Source: Eledone cirrhosa (lineage: Eukaryota). From it: a stretch of DNA of 64,000 nucleotides. The stretch is from the NCBI GenBank assembly GCA_964016885.1, contig OZ024744.1, positions 56,296,001-56,360,000 of the forward strand, written 5' to 3'. Position 1 is the stretch's first letter; each line of letters begins with the position of its first letter. Below the pieces are notes generated by a model. It had not been told where the DNA came from and did no database searches. It saw nothing but the letters and a program-made list of their open reading frames with translations. Shown piece by piece: positions 49,150 to 60,489 of the stretch. A program made the translations under genes and the position numbers.

Positions 49150-52100
49150 CTACCAAGCAGCCATGCGGGGCTTCAATTCAGAGACAGTAAGCACACACAC
49201 ACCCCTGCAAAAATCTACCCTTTCCCACGAATGTTGACAAATGCCCAAAACTACGAGCTGGAACCATCAATGTAAGCACAATGAAAGGACGAGCAGGAGA
49301 AATCGTAGGAAATTGATGGATGCTGTGTGCAAGAGACTAGATGGAGAGGAGAGTCTGCTAGAGTCTTGTGAGAAAAAGTCAGTGCTACAAATTTTTCTGA
49401 GTGGGAAATGACGATGGGATGGGTGGTGTAGGTATCCTACTAGCTGACAAGTGGGTAGATAAAGTAATCTCAGTGAACAGGGTGAATACAAGAATCATTA
49501 AACTCAGATTAGTCCTGAATAAAACAATTACCACAATAATATCAGCCTACGCACTTCAATCGGGGTTGCCAGACAAACTTAAGGATAGGTTTTATGAGTC
49601 CCTAATGCACACTACTGCTCTAATAAATAACAATGATTTCCTAATCATTGCAGGAGATTTTAACGGACACGTAGGTAAACACTGTGAGGCCATGGTGTTG
49701 GCACAAGAAATGAAGAAGGCTTCAGGCTTCTAGAATTCTGTGACGCCAATGACATGTCGATATGTAACATAAACTTAAAAAAACCCAACAACCACCTGAT
49801 CACCTATAGATCTGGGGAGCATTCTAGTCAGACAGATTTTACCCTAATCAGAGGACGTGACAGATGGACGGTCATAAACACAAAAGCCTTCCCTAGTGAG
49901 GACTGTACCTCCCAACATAGCTTAGTCATCAGCGACCTCACGGTCAGAACTCGACGGACCTGGTAAGAGAAGCCAGCCTGGAGAAGAAAGATCTGGAAGC
50001 TGAAAGACCCCTCAGCCAGTAACAGATTTAAATATTTTACTCAACGTCTATGACAGTAAAGAAGAACAGATAGAGACATTCAATGTAGAAGAGCACTGGG
50101 AGTTCCTAAAAAATAACTTACTAAAGGCGACGGACGAGATCTGTGGCTGGAGTAAGACCACAGGCAGGAGGAGAGTGACTTGGTGGTGGAACAATAAGGT
50201 AGATGAGGCAGTTAAGGCCAAGAGACAGGCATGGAAAGAATGGAAGAACGGGGGAAGCTGGGTACGTTACATAGAGACCAGGAGGGAAGCTAGGCGACAA
50301 GTATACTTAGCTAGGAGGGAAGCAGAGGATAGAAAATTCAAGCATGTTTTGCAACGTGAGGACCAGAAACAGGAGGTGTTCAAGATTGCAAGGCAGTGTG
50401 TCAGAGAGAATTGTGATGTCATTGGAGAGAAGTGTATCCGGAATGATAAAGGTGAGCTTGCCCTCACAAGTGCTGAGAAGAAAGATGCGTGGAAGAGCCA
50501 TTATGATAGATTACTAAATGAGGAGAATGCATGGAAAGAAGAGACCCTACCCCAAGTAGACCCTATAGAGGGACCAACAGTACAAGTCAGCAGCAGCGTA
50601 GTAAGTAAGGCAATCAAAGATATGAAGACGGGGAAGGCAACTGGTCCATCGGGTATAGCTGCCGAGATGGTGAAGGCACCTGGGTCGGTAGGTCACACCA
50701 TAACCACACGTATTGTTAACCAGGTAATACTAGAAGGTGTCATACCAAAGGATTGGTGCAGTAGCATCATTGTCAACTGCTACAAAGGTAAAGGTGATGC
50801 ACTAGATAGAGGAAACTATAGAGGTATAAAGCTGATAGACCAGGTCATGAAAGTAACAGAAAGAGTTATAGCACAGTTGATTAGGGACCGGGTGAAACTA
50901 GATGAGCTGCAATTTGGGTTTGTGCCAGGAAGAGGCACCACTGATGCCCTCTTCCTTGTGAGGCAGTTACAGGAAAAGTACCTAGCTAAAAGTAAGTCGC
51001 TCTACCTGGCATTCGTTGATCTCGAGAAAGCCTTTGACAGAGTTCCACGTGCTGTAATCTGGTGGGCTCTTAGAAAACTAGGAGTAGATGAATGGCTTGT
51101 GAAAGCTGTACAAGCCATGTATAGGGGAACAGTTAGCAAAGTTAGGATTAACAATGAGTATAGCGAGGAATTTAGCATACAGGTCGGTGTCCACCAGGGC
51201 TCTGTTCTTAGCCCTCTCCTGTTCATCATAGTTCTGCAGGCAATAACGGAGGAGTTTAAGACCGGATGCCCATGGGAACTCCTGTATGCAGATGACCTCG
51301 CACTTATAGCTGAATCTATGGTAGAACTAGAGGAGAAATTCCAAACTTGGAAGCAGGTACTAGAGAGAAAGGGTCTCAGGGTCAACCTGACAAAGACTAA
51401 GGTCCTTGTAAGTAGACGAGAAAACAGAACCCAGATCCCCTCAGAGAAATGGCCTTGCTCAGTATGCAGGAAAAGTGTAGGTAGGAACTCCATCTCTGCC
51501 CCAAATGCAAAAAAAGGGTACACAAGAGATGTAGCAGGATCTCAGGAAGCTTAATTAAGAATGCAGGCTTCACATGTAGTAGCTGTGCTGGGACAGCAAG
51601 CAGCAAACAGCCACAGGAAACAAGTACCACCAAACTCTGGGAGGACTCTGTAGAAACAGTAGCCAGCTTCTGCTACCTAAGTGACCGAATTAGCAGCGGA
51701 GGCAAAAGGCTTTTCCCTCAAAATGAAAAGCAGACTGTATGATGCGTGTATCCGAACAGCGATGTTGCATGGTAGTGAGACCTGGACGCTGTCTGTGGAA
51801 GACTTGCGTAGATTAGAAAGAAACGAAGCCTGCATGCTCCGATGGATGTGTAATAGTAATATATGCGAACGGCAAAGTATAAATGAATTGAGAGAGAGAC
51901 TGAGCATAAGAGGAATCAAATGCTGTGTGCAGGAGAGGCAGTTGCGTTGGTATGGACATGTGATGCGTATGAAGGATGACAGCTGCATAAAAAGGTGCAG
52001 AGCACTAGAAGTCGATGGAAACCGCGGAGTGGGGAGACCCAAGAAGACCTGGGATGAGGTGATAAAAGCCGACCTCACCCAATTACACCTCTCAAAGGTG

Positions 52101-52531
52101 ATGGCACATGACCGTGACCTCTGGCATCACTCAGTAATATAGAAGACCCCACCCCCCACGGGTACAAGCCGAAGCTGAAGCATATAGCCCATATACCCCC
52201 ACACCCTCCCACTGCAAAGTGGTCGTGGAGGTGCCACAGCAAAAAAGCACCCAGCCCACACTATAAAGTGGACATGTAGGGTGCCATGGCAAAAAAGCAC
52301 CCAGCCCACACTGTAAAGTGGACGTGTAGGTGCCACGTGAAAAAAGCACCCAGCACTCACTGTAAATGAGGTTGGTGTTAGGAAGGGCATCCAGCTGTAG
52401 AAATCAAGCCAGAATCAGTTCCTGTATGAGCAAGGCATGGTCAGCCGACTGGACACTGCCCACAACAGGACAACCCATCTAACCCATGCTAGTGTGGAAG
52501 AACGGACGTAAAACGGTGATGATGATGATGA
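49150..52531 (+). mobile_element. Near full-length RTE-clade LINE (APE endonuclease, RT, PHD), disrupted; 5' boundary approximate
   Basis: GTINVSTM, GVGILL, ISAYA, AGDFNGHVG and SQH endonuclease motifs; RT ORF 50175-51554 with YADD; C-terminus 51681-52142; repeat-containing 3' UTR and (TGA)n. Confidence 0.95.
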
Positions 52532-52546
52532 TTATAATTATATATA

Positions 52547-53151
52547 CTAGCAGTGGTACCCGGCGTTACACGGGATAAGGTATTTTGGAACGCGGGCCGC
52601 CAACAGACCTGGACAATATGTAAAGAAAATAAACCGAATACTCTGATGTCTGAATAATCTTTAAGATTTTCCTCAATGAAGTAGGAAAAATGCAGGTTTT
52701 CTTGATCCTAGGGGATCAAGAAAATGAATTTTTTTTATGTGCATAATATGCCTTGAAATTTCGGGAAAATCGGCTACATCTAACGCCTCAAAAAAGCCCT
52801 AAAAAGCTGAAAAAATAAAGTTTTTCACCTCGGCCATAAAAAAGTTGGATTTTCTTTGCTCATGGTATGAAGAAGAGAGTGACTAATAATACATAGTTAC
52901 AATTTCAAGGAAATTAGTCTGACGTAACGCCTCAAAAAACCCCTAAAAAGCTGAAAAAACGAGTTTTTCACCTAATGCGGGCCCTAGGGGATCAAAAAGT
53001 GGAATTTTTTATGTGCATAACACCCCCTGAAACATAAGTAATACACAGTAAAGTTTGAAAAAAATCGGTTGGGTACTTCTCAAGTTTTAGAGATTCAAAC
53101 TCACAGACACACACACAGAGACAGACATCCTCAGTTTTATATATATATAGA
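52547..53151 (-). mobile_element. Non-autonomous Helitron
   Basis: Minus strand A|TCTATATATATATAAAA...(TGTC)/(TG) microsatellite...CCCGTGTAACGCCGGG hairpin...CTAG|T; internal ~50-bp duplication at 52781 and 52926. Confidence 0.85.
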
Positions 53152-53343
53152 TTGCTGAAGCTCACAAAGGCAATGACAAAGGACCGTGACAAATGGAGAG
53201 ATGCTGTGCTGAAGAAGACCTGTCCCACCCTTGCAAGAAGGGAAAAGCGGACGTAAAATGATGATGATGATGAAATATATGATGAATATATCAAAGATGC
53301 ATGGCTTTGTTTGATTCCTGGACCAGGTGATGTGTCGTGCCCT

Positions 53344-53991
53344 TGTAGTGACCTACATTTCGAAGGCTCATAGATACATTCTGCGTTGTTTGGCTCAATT
53401 CAGCCAATCGCTGCCAGCATAGGAGAATGTATCTCGACACGCTCTGAGGGAAAATTTCCTGCGTCGATTCAGAAATCTCTCTCTTGCTGCTTGGGACTCT
53501 GAGAAATAAACACGCGATAATGTAACAGTGAGATTTGCACTTTGGCCTGTCGGCCTTCCTTGGGCCTGGTACAATGCCACATTCCTTTTATAACCTTTAT
53601 ATTGTTAACTTTAACTATCCAATTCAACAAACATTTACTTTGTGGATAACTTTGTCTCTTTCTCACTACAACAAATAAACATACATTCATCATAATTATC
53701 CGTGTTGATATTCCCATCATTATTATATCTTTCGGTGGATTGGCAGTATCGGTAGAGGGTCGGGCGCCATGCTTTGAAGCATAGAGTTACCTCCCTTTAT
53801 GATCTGAGTTCAAATCCCGCCGAGGTTAACTTTGCCTTTCATCCTTACGGGGTCGATAAAATAAAGTACCAGTAATACACTGGTAATTGCTGGCCTTGTG
53901 CTAAAAGTAGAAACAATTATTATATCTTTCTGATAAAATGGTGACTCAACGTGAGTCTTGTTGATATCTATTATTATAAACAACTGCTAAA
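53344..53991 (+). mobile_element. Solo LTR (about 451 bp net), TGTAG...CTAAA, 4-bp TSD CCCT
   Basis: TSD at 53340-53343 and 53992-53995; termini like the Gypsy LTR but internally unrelated. Confidence 0.8.
53734..53915 (+). mobile_element. SINE A inserted in the solo LTR with a 15-bp TSD
   Basis: ATTATTATATCTTTC at 53719-53733 and 53916-53930. Confidence 0.92.
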
Positions 53992-55157
53992 CCCTTGAGC
54001 AAGACATTTTATTTCATGTTGCTCCAGTTTACTCAGCTGTAGAAATGAGTTGTGACCTCACTGATGCCAAGCTGTATTGGTCATTGCCTTTCCTTTGGAC
54101 AACATTGGTAGTGTGGCGAGGAGAGGCTGGCATGCATGGGTGACTAGTGGTTTTCCATAAACAACTTGTGTATTGGAGGTGAAGTTACTAGGTGAAAATC
54201 CCATGGTTATTCATGACCGAAAGGGGTCTTTACTCTTATACATATATATATATATGTATATATAAATCTATCTTCGACTTTTGTTTATTTTTATTTTTCA
54301 ATACACATACACACACACATATATATATGCATGCGTGTGTGTTTGCATATATTGAAAAATAAAAATAAACAAAAGTTGAAGATAGGTTTTTAATTAGTTC
54401 ATTGCTTTACGATCATCTCAGAGGGGTGATTGATCACAGTAAATCAATTTATTGACTGAAAAGTACTGGTTATTTATATATATAATAAGTTGATGGGTCT
54501 AGCATGAGTTTCCCTGCTAGTACCGGTTGCATCTCAGTGTACTCAATAGCTAATGTTATGTAAAATTCCAGAGTAGACACATAGTTATTCACTTCAATAC
54601 AACACACATAAATGGCTACCTTCAATCCATACACGTACTTGAGTTTTGGCCACACTTAATTCAGCAATAGAGTGCACAGCATCCACTGTCTGCATTTATT
54701 ATGCAACAATGCACAATTGGCGCATGTGGCTTCATCAGCGAGTTTCACCTAATCAATAACCAATCGATCACCAGAATTCAATTCCAGCCTGTGCTGGCTG
54801 TGACAGTTATTGTGATGGCCAACACAGTAAAATATTAGCAACTGAAATCTGTATGAATCATCACAATGCCGTCAATCGATTGGCAACTTGTTCAGAAATT
54901 GACATGACGGTAGGAGACGAAATTCAAATAGTTCCGCTCCAGCCATAAGCACTCAGACAACGTATCTCAAACACAAATTAATTAACAAGCGAGTGAAAAA
55001 ATACATGTAGTAGAATTTGCTATTCCAAATTTATCTTAACATTTATTGAGGTATGTGATGGCAATTAGAAACTCAGAGTAGGAATGGAGTGGAACCTCAG
55101 TTTCAACTGAATTATGTGGGATGGGAAAAGCACACAAACATTATTTATTTACATGAA

Positions 55158-55390
55158 AGGGCGGTGGATTGGCAGTATTGATAGAGCGTCGAACAACATA
55201 CTTTGTGGCATATAGTTACGGCTCTTTAAATAACTATATCCCACCAAGTTCAAATCCTAATGAGGTTAACTTTGTCTTTCATCCTTACAGGGTCGATAAA
55301 ACAAAGTACCAGTAATGCACTGGGGTTGATTTAATCGACTTTCCCCTCTCTTCAAATTGTTGGCCTTGTGCCTAAAGTAGAAACAATTAT
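55158..55390 (+). mobile_element. SINE family A
   Basis: GGGCGGTGGATTGGCAG head through GGCCTTGTGCCTAAAGTAGAAACAATTATT. Confidence 0.88.
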
Positions 55391-56622
55391 TTATTTACGT
55401 GTATACATGCAGAAAAACATTGGGATTGATAGATTTTGGAAATTGAACATAATATTTAAGAAAGCTACTTTACCACAGATGTTACAGCAATGTCCTGTTG
55501 GTCTTACTGGGGACTGGCATTGTGGTTTCTTACAGAATGGCGAATGCATTTTACATATATTATCAAAGATCTGAAATTAAATATAACTCATTCTTAACAT
55601 ACTGTAATGATTTAGCATACAATATTTAAAAACAGGTTTGTTAATTCTTTATTAGTGAATATATCATTGTGAAAAATTCTGTATTAAGGTAAAAGCTTCA
55701 ATTTTTTATGCAATGCAAGACTTAACAATTTTAAAAATACTTTTTAAGAATGTCTTGCTATTATGTTTTCATACAGTACAGAACATTAAGAGTTAATGTA
55801 AGAGTTTATAATATCTTTTAGTATATCTTAGACAGATTATTGTGATAATATGTAGTATTAGAGTAAAGACATTAATTTTTAATGTGATGCAGTCATACTG
55901 ATGTTTTATATTTTCCAAGAATAACGAACAAAATATATATATAAAACACTAGCAGTTTCTCAATTGATGTATCCTGTTATCATCATCAGCGTCATCGTCG
56001 TTTTAACGCCCACTTTTCTTGCTAGCAAGAGTTGGACATGTGTACATATACCATGTCGGTACTGAAGCAGAGCCACTGATCTCCCAAACAAGCCAGGGAT
56101 CTGTCTTGCTTATGTATGGTCTCATGTTCCCCGAGTGTTCAGAAGAGGTTGTCATACCTTTGGCAAAACTGAGGGTCCTCCCAACTCTTTGTTTGGCAAA
56201 ATTTCTATGACTGGATGGCCTTCCTATCACCAACAACTTTACAGCATGTACTGAGTGTGTTTATCCTGTAGGTCACAGACACTATGGAGGCTGTTATGTA
56301 CTTGATACGACTGAAGGGTCCTCACAACGCTTTGTCTGGCAAGCTTTCTACAGCTGGATGTTCTTCTTGTCATTAACCACTTCTGGGGGGGGGGGGGGCT
56401 ACTAGGAATGGGGTGGGTGCAGCTACTAGGAATTTGGTGGGGAATCATGCATGGTGAGGTTGAAGTAGTGATGTTGAGAATAACTATTGGGGAGTGCTAG
56501 TGAGAGGGGGGACATGAGGGTAGGTCATGTCACTTTGTATGCAGCAGGTCAGGTCTTCCTCAGCACTGCATAGTGACAGCCCTTGCAGTTTTTAGTTATT
56601 TCTGTTATATATCGCTTAAACT

Positions 56623-56656
<34 letters not shown>

Positions 56657-57048
56657 CAAATAAATTATCAAGAATCGGAATCTCGGCCCACGAAATAACG
56701 AAACACAATCTTTGAAATGCATGGCAAAGGGCTCAATAGTTTGCATAAACAAGCTATAACTATCGTTTAAATACCAACACATAGAGACAATGCTTAAAAT
56801 CATTCGCACAGCTGAAAAAACGACCAGGAAAATTCGGGTCATACAAATAATAAATTAATAAATTAATAAATTAATAAATTAAATGAATGAATATATATAT
56901 AAAATAATAAATGTAATCTGAGTTTTTCGAATATTAATAATAACATTCGATTCGTTTGCAATTATACAAACAAGCCTCATTTTTAAAGCCATGTCAGTAG
57001 AATGAACCCTTCATTCTTGCTCTTGTGTTGGTATATAAACAGAACTGA

Positions 57049-57092
57049 CTGCAGGCACTAATGTTTCTGGGTACCACCCTTCATCAGTGCAG
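57049..57092 (-). ncRNA. Hammerhead ribozyme copy with perfect stem I but GCC at the cleavage triplet
   Basis: CUGCA CUGAUGA AGGGU-GGU-ACCCA GAAACAUUAGUGCC UGCAG. Confidence 0.7.
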
Positions 57093-57149
57093 CTCACTGT
57101 TCACCTGCCAACTGTTTATATATATATATATATTATATATATATATATA

Positions 57150-57445
57150 TACGATATATTAACAAATGGAAACTATATTTATAAAACCATATTTATTTCA
57201 TTATACATATTTCAAGGACACCAAGTTAAATTATGGTGTGCTTTCATCAGATAAAATATAATATAGATCAGTTTTATAATTTAACTTGGTGTCCTTGAAA
57301 TATGTATAATGAAATAAATATGGTTTTATAAATATAGTTTCCATTTGTTAATATATCGTATTTTTACTCCAATAATTTGTTGAGTGCTTTATATCAGTTA
57401 TAAAAATATTTGCTTGTTGTATCCCAACAATTTAAATAGAACTTC

Positions 57446-57448
<3 letters not shown>
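57150..57448. mobile_element. Fold-back Penelope-like derivative between (TA)n runs
   Basis: 85-bp perfect inverted arms at 57150-57234 and 57276-57360, plus an ~88-bp tail. Confidence 0.8.
57189..57264 (-). ncRNA. Complete type I hammerhead ribozyme
   Basis: AUAUUAUAUUUUAU CUGAUGA AAGCACACCA...UGGUGUCCUU GAAA UAUGUAUA AUGAAAUAAAUAU. Confidence 0.85.
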
Positions 57449-57488
<40 letters not shown>

Positions 57489-57879
57489 TCATCATCATCC
57501 TCATCATCACCATTTTACATCCCTTCTTTCATGCTAGCATGGGTTAGACAAGTTGTCCAGTTGTGGGCAATGCCAGGTCAGGTGACCATGTCTTGCTCAT
57601 ACAGAACTGATTTTGATTTGATTTCTACAGCTGGATACCCTTCCTAACACCAATAACACCGATAATATAATATATATGTATGTGTGTGTTTATGCATAGA
57701 ACAATAAAAAACAGGAGTCAGACATAAGTAGATAATTAGTTCATTGTTTCACGATCATTTCAAAGGTTCAATTGATAAATGGAGATCGATGTACCGACTA
57801 GTATGGTTAAGTTGCTACCTATTTCTAGTCTCGAAATCCTTGTTCAATCAGCCATCTTCCTCAGAAACATTTATATATT

Positions 57880-58816
57880 ATCATCATCGTTTAATGTCTA
57901 TTTTCCCTGCTAGCATGGGTTAGATGGGTTTGTCCCATTAGAGGCAAGTTGGGTCAGGTGACTGTATCTCGCTCATATACAACTGTTTCTGGCTAGATTT
58001 CTACAGCTACATGCTCTTCCTAACGCCAACTGCATTTACAGTGTGTGGTGGGTGCTTTTTGTCGTGACACCTACACAACCACTTTACGGTGTGGGCTGGA
58101 TGTTTTGTGGTTCCAACATAACTCTACAGAGAAAGGGGTGGTGTTGGCAGGAGTGGAAGGATGAAGTAGGAGTAGTGGGTTGGGTGAATATTTGGTTAAG
58201 AGGTGCCGAAGTGTGTGTATGTTGTGGGCAGAAGTGGGAGGGAAGTGTAGGGGTGTGGGGGTGTATATTGGATTAAGAGAAGCCTATTGAGTGTATGTTA
58301 GAGTCCGTGTGGAAGGGAAGGTGGGTCTTCTTTATTATTGCATAATGCCAAAGATCTCGATCCAGTGACATTGTCTTAGAGAGGTGTAAGTTTTCAAGGT
58401 CAGCTTTTATCACCTCATCCCAAGACTTTCTGGATCTACCTACTCCATAGCCTCCATCAATTTTGATCTCCCTGCACCTTTTTATACAGCTGTCATTCTT
58501 CATATGCATCTCACATGACCATACCAATGCAACCTCCTCTCTAGTATACTTCATCTGATCCCTCTTATGCCTTTCATTTATGCTTTGCTGTTCATGTATT
58601 ACACATCCATCGGAGCAAGCATGCTTCATTTCCTTCCAATTTGCACAGATCCTCTGTGCATAGTGCGCAGGTCTCATTATCATGTCACATTGCCATTCGT
58701 ATACATGCATTGTACAATCTACGCTTCATTTTAATGGAGAAACCATTGGTGGCCAACAGTGGCATTAACACTCTGAACTTTTTCCATCCCGTTCTTATTC
58801 TGGCTACTGTACTTTC
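57880..58816 (-). mobile_element. RTE family 1 3' fragment
   Basis: ESTVARIRTGW through GRSRKSWDEVIKADL, 3' UTR and (TGA)n. Confidence 0.9.
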
Positions 58817-60489
58817 ATATATATATATATATATATATATAAAATGAAAAATAGGAGTTAAAAACTCGCGTTAATACCCTGTAATTAGTAAGCTCAAAGT
58901 ATAAGAACTGGGCTCTTTACACTAATTTTTGGCAAAACAAACTCTATCTGTAGTTTGTCCAGGAGTTTAATAGTTATTGAAATGGTCAGTACATTTTAAT
59001 TCACTTTTTCTGATTATTATGTATTTTCTGTTTTGTTCGTAGATTATATGCATTGCACCATAGTGGTTTTCACCCCATGTAATTCAAAACACACTTCTTT
59101 GTCTGTTCATTTCTCTCTATATATATATGTAATACAGAGACCTGACTTCCAACGGGTACAAGCTGAAGCTGAAGCATATGGACAGCATGTTCCCCCTCTC
59201 ACTGGAAAGTAGTTGTGTAGGCACCACGATAAAAATCACACAGTCCACAATGTAAAGTGGTTGTGTAGGCACCATGATAAAAAGCACCCAGCACTCACTG
59301 TAAATGAGGTTGGTGTTAGGAAGGCCATCCAGCTGTAGAAATCAAGCCAAAATCAGTTTTGTCTTGATTGTATGAGCAAGACATGGTCACTTGACCTAGT
59401 ATTGCCCACAACAGGACAACTCGTCTAACTCATGCTAGCATGGAAGAATGGACGTAAAATGGTGATGATGATGATGATGATATATATATATATATACATA
59501 CATATATTTGTGTGTGTGCAAAGAAAACAATTTTCTTATATGCTGTTTGTAATAAGGGATATGATAGAATCTAGTGTAGTAGTTGAGATGTCAATGGGTT
59601 GTATTCTATCAAAATTATTGTATTGTGGTGGCAACACTCTCTCAACAATTGTTTAATGATGAAGTCAATAGCAGAATTGTAAAAGTCAGCATCAAGTTTT
59701 CTATATTTTACAAGAACATTAGAGGAAGGAAGGGTCTCAGTCTCAAAACCAATTTCAAGGTCTATAGAGTTAAGGTTCTATCACCTTTATCTCTTTTCAT
59801 TCCAAACCACCTGAAACCATTCCTATGATTCAAAACTGTTTGTTGATTTACAATAATCTAAAAGTCTTTCATAAAAATTTTATGTAATAACCTTTGTTTA
59901 GTTATGTTCCAAACATCGGCTTGATAATGAGAAAGTTATATATGATAAGTAAATGACCTCTGGTTCTATGATAATAAACTGTTTCTTTTTATATCTGTAG
60001 CTTATGTCTACTGAATACAATTCACAAGTGAACCCAAAACCACAGGGTTATGAAGTAAACTATTTAATCACATAGCCATGCCTGTGCCTGGTCATGTTAC
60101 TGGAATGGATGACAACTTCCTAAATGGTCTTTCTATAGTTAATTGGTAGAGGGAAATGTTCAATTGGTGAAGAGCATACATCTTACAAGAATATCACCAA
60201 GACCTCCTTAGAAGACTTCAGCATCAATTCAGAGCTGTTGGAAAGCCCCAATACTGAGATATCTACCTGGTGTAGTCTCATCACAAAAGTGTCTAGCATC
60301 TGAGTAGACCAGGAGTAAATGTGTTGGGTGCAGAAGAGAGAACTAAGAAAGTTAAGAGCTTGCCAAAGAAAAAAAGAACTGGTCATCCATTCTAGGATAT
60401 GTCCATGTCCTGGTTATCATCTATAGATAGAGATGCTTACTTCTATCTAAGCATTAGTGCAGTTGTCTCACTACAAAGAGGGCAGCAAT

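Larger units (their letters stand above)
53295..54238 (+). mobile_element. Old CORE-SINE interrupted by a solo LTR
   Basis: CCAGGTGATGTGTCGTGCCCT | insertion | TGAGCAAGACATTTTATTTC rejoins the family B sequence. Confidence 0.75.

Noticed and set aside
53663-53670. TCACTACA as a canonical CA end for the solo LTR
   Set aside because: No TSD follows it. The host SINE resumes only at 53992 after CTAAA with the CCCT duplication.
54600-55100. Possible Tc1-like transposon remnant
   Set aside because: Only a vague TIR-like start and no readable transposase motif.
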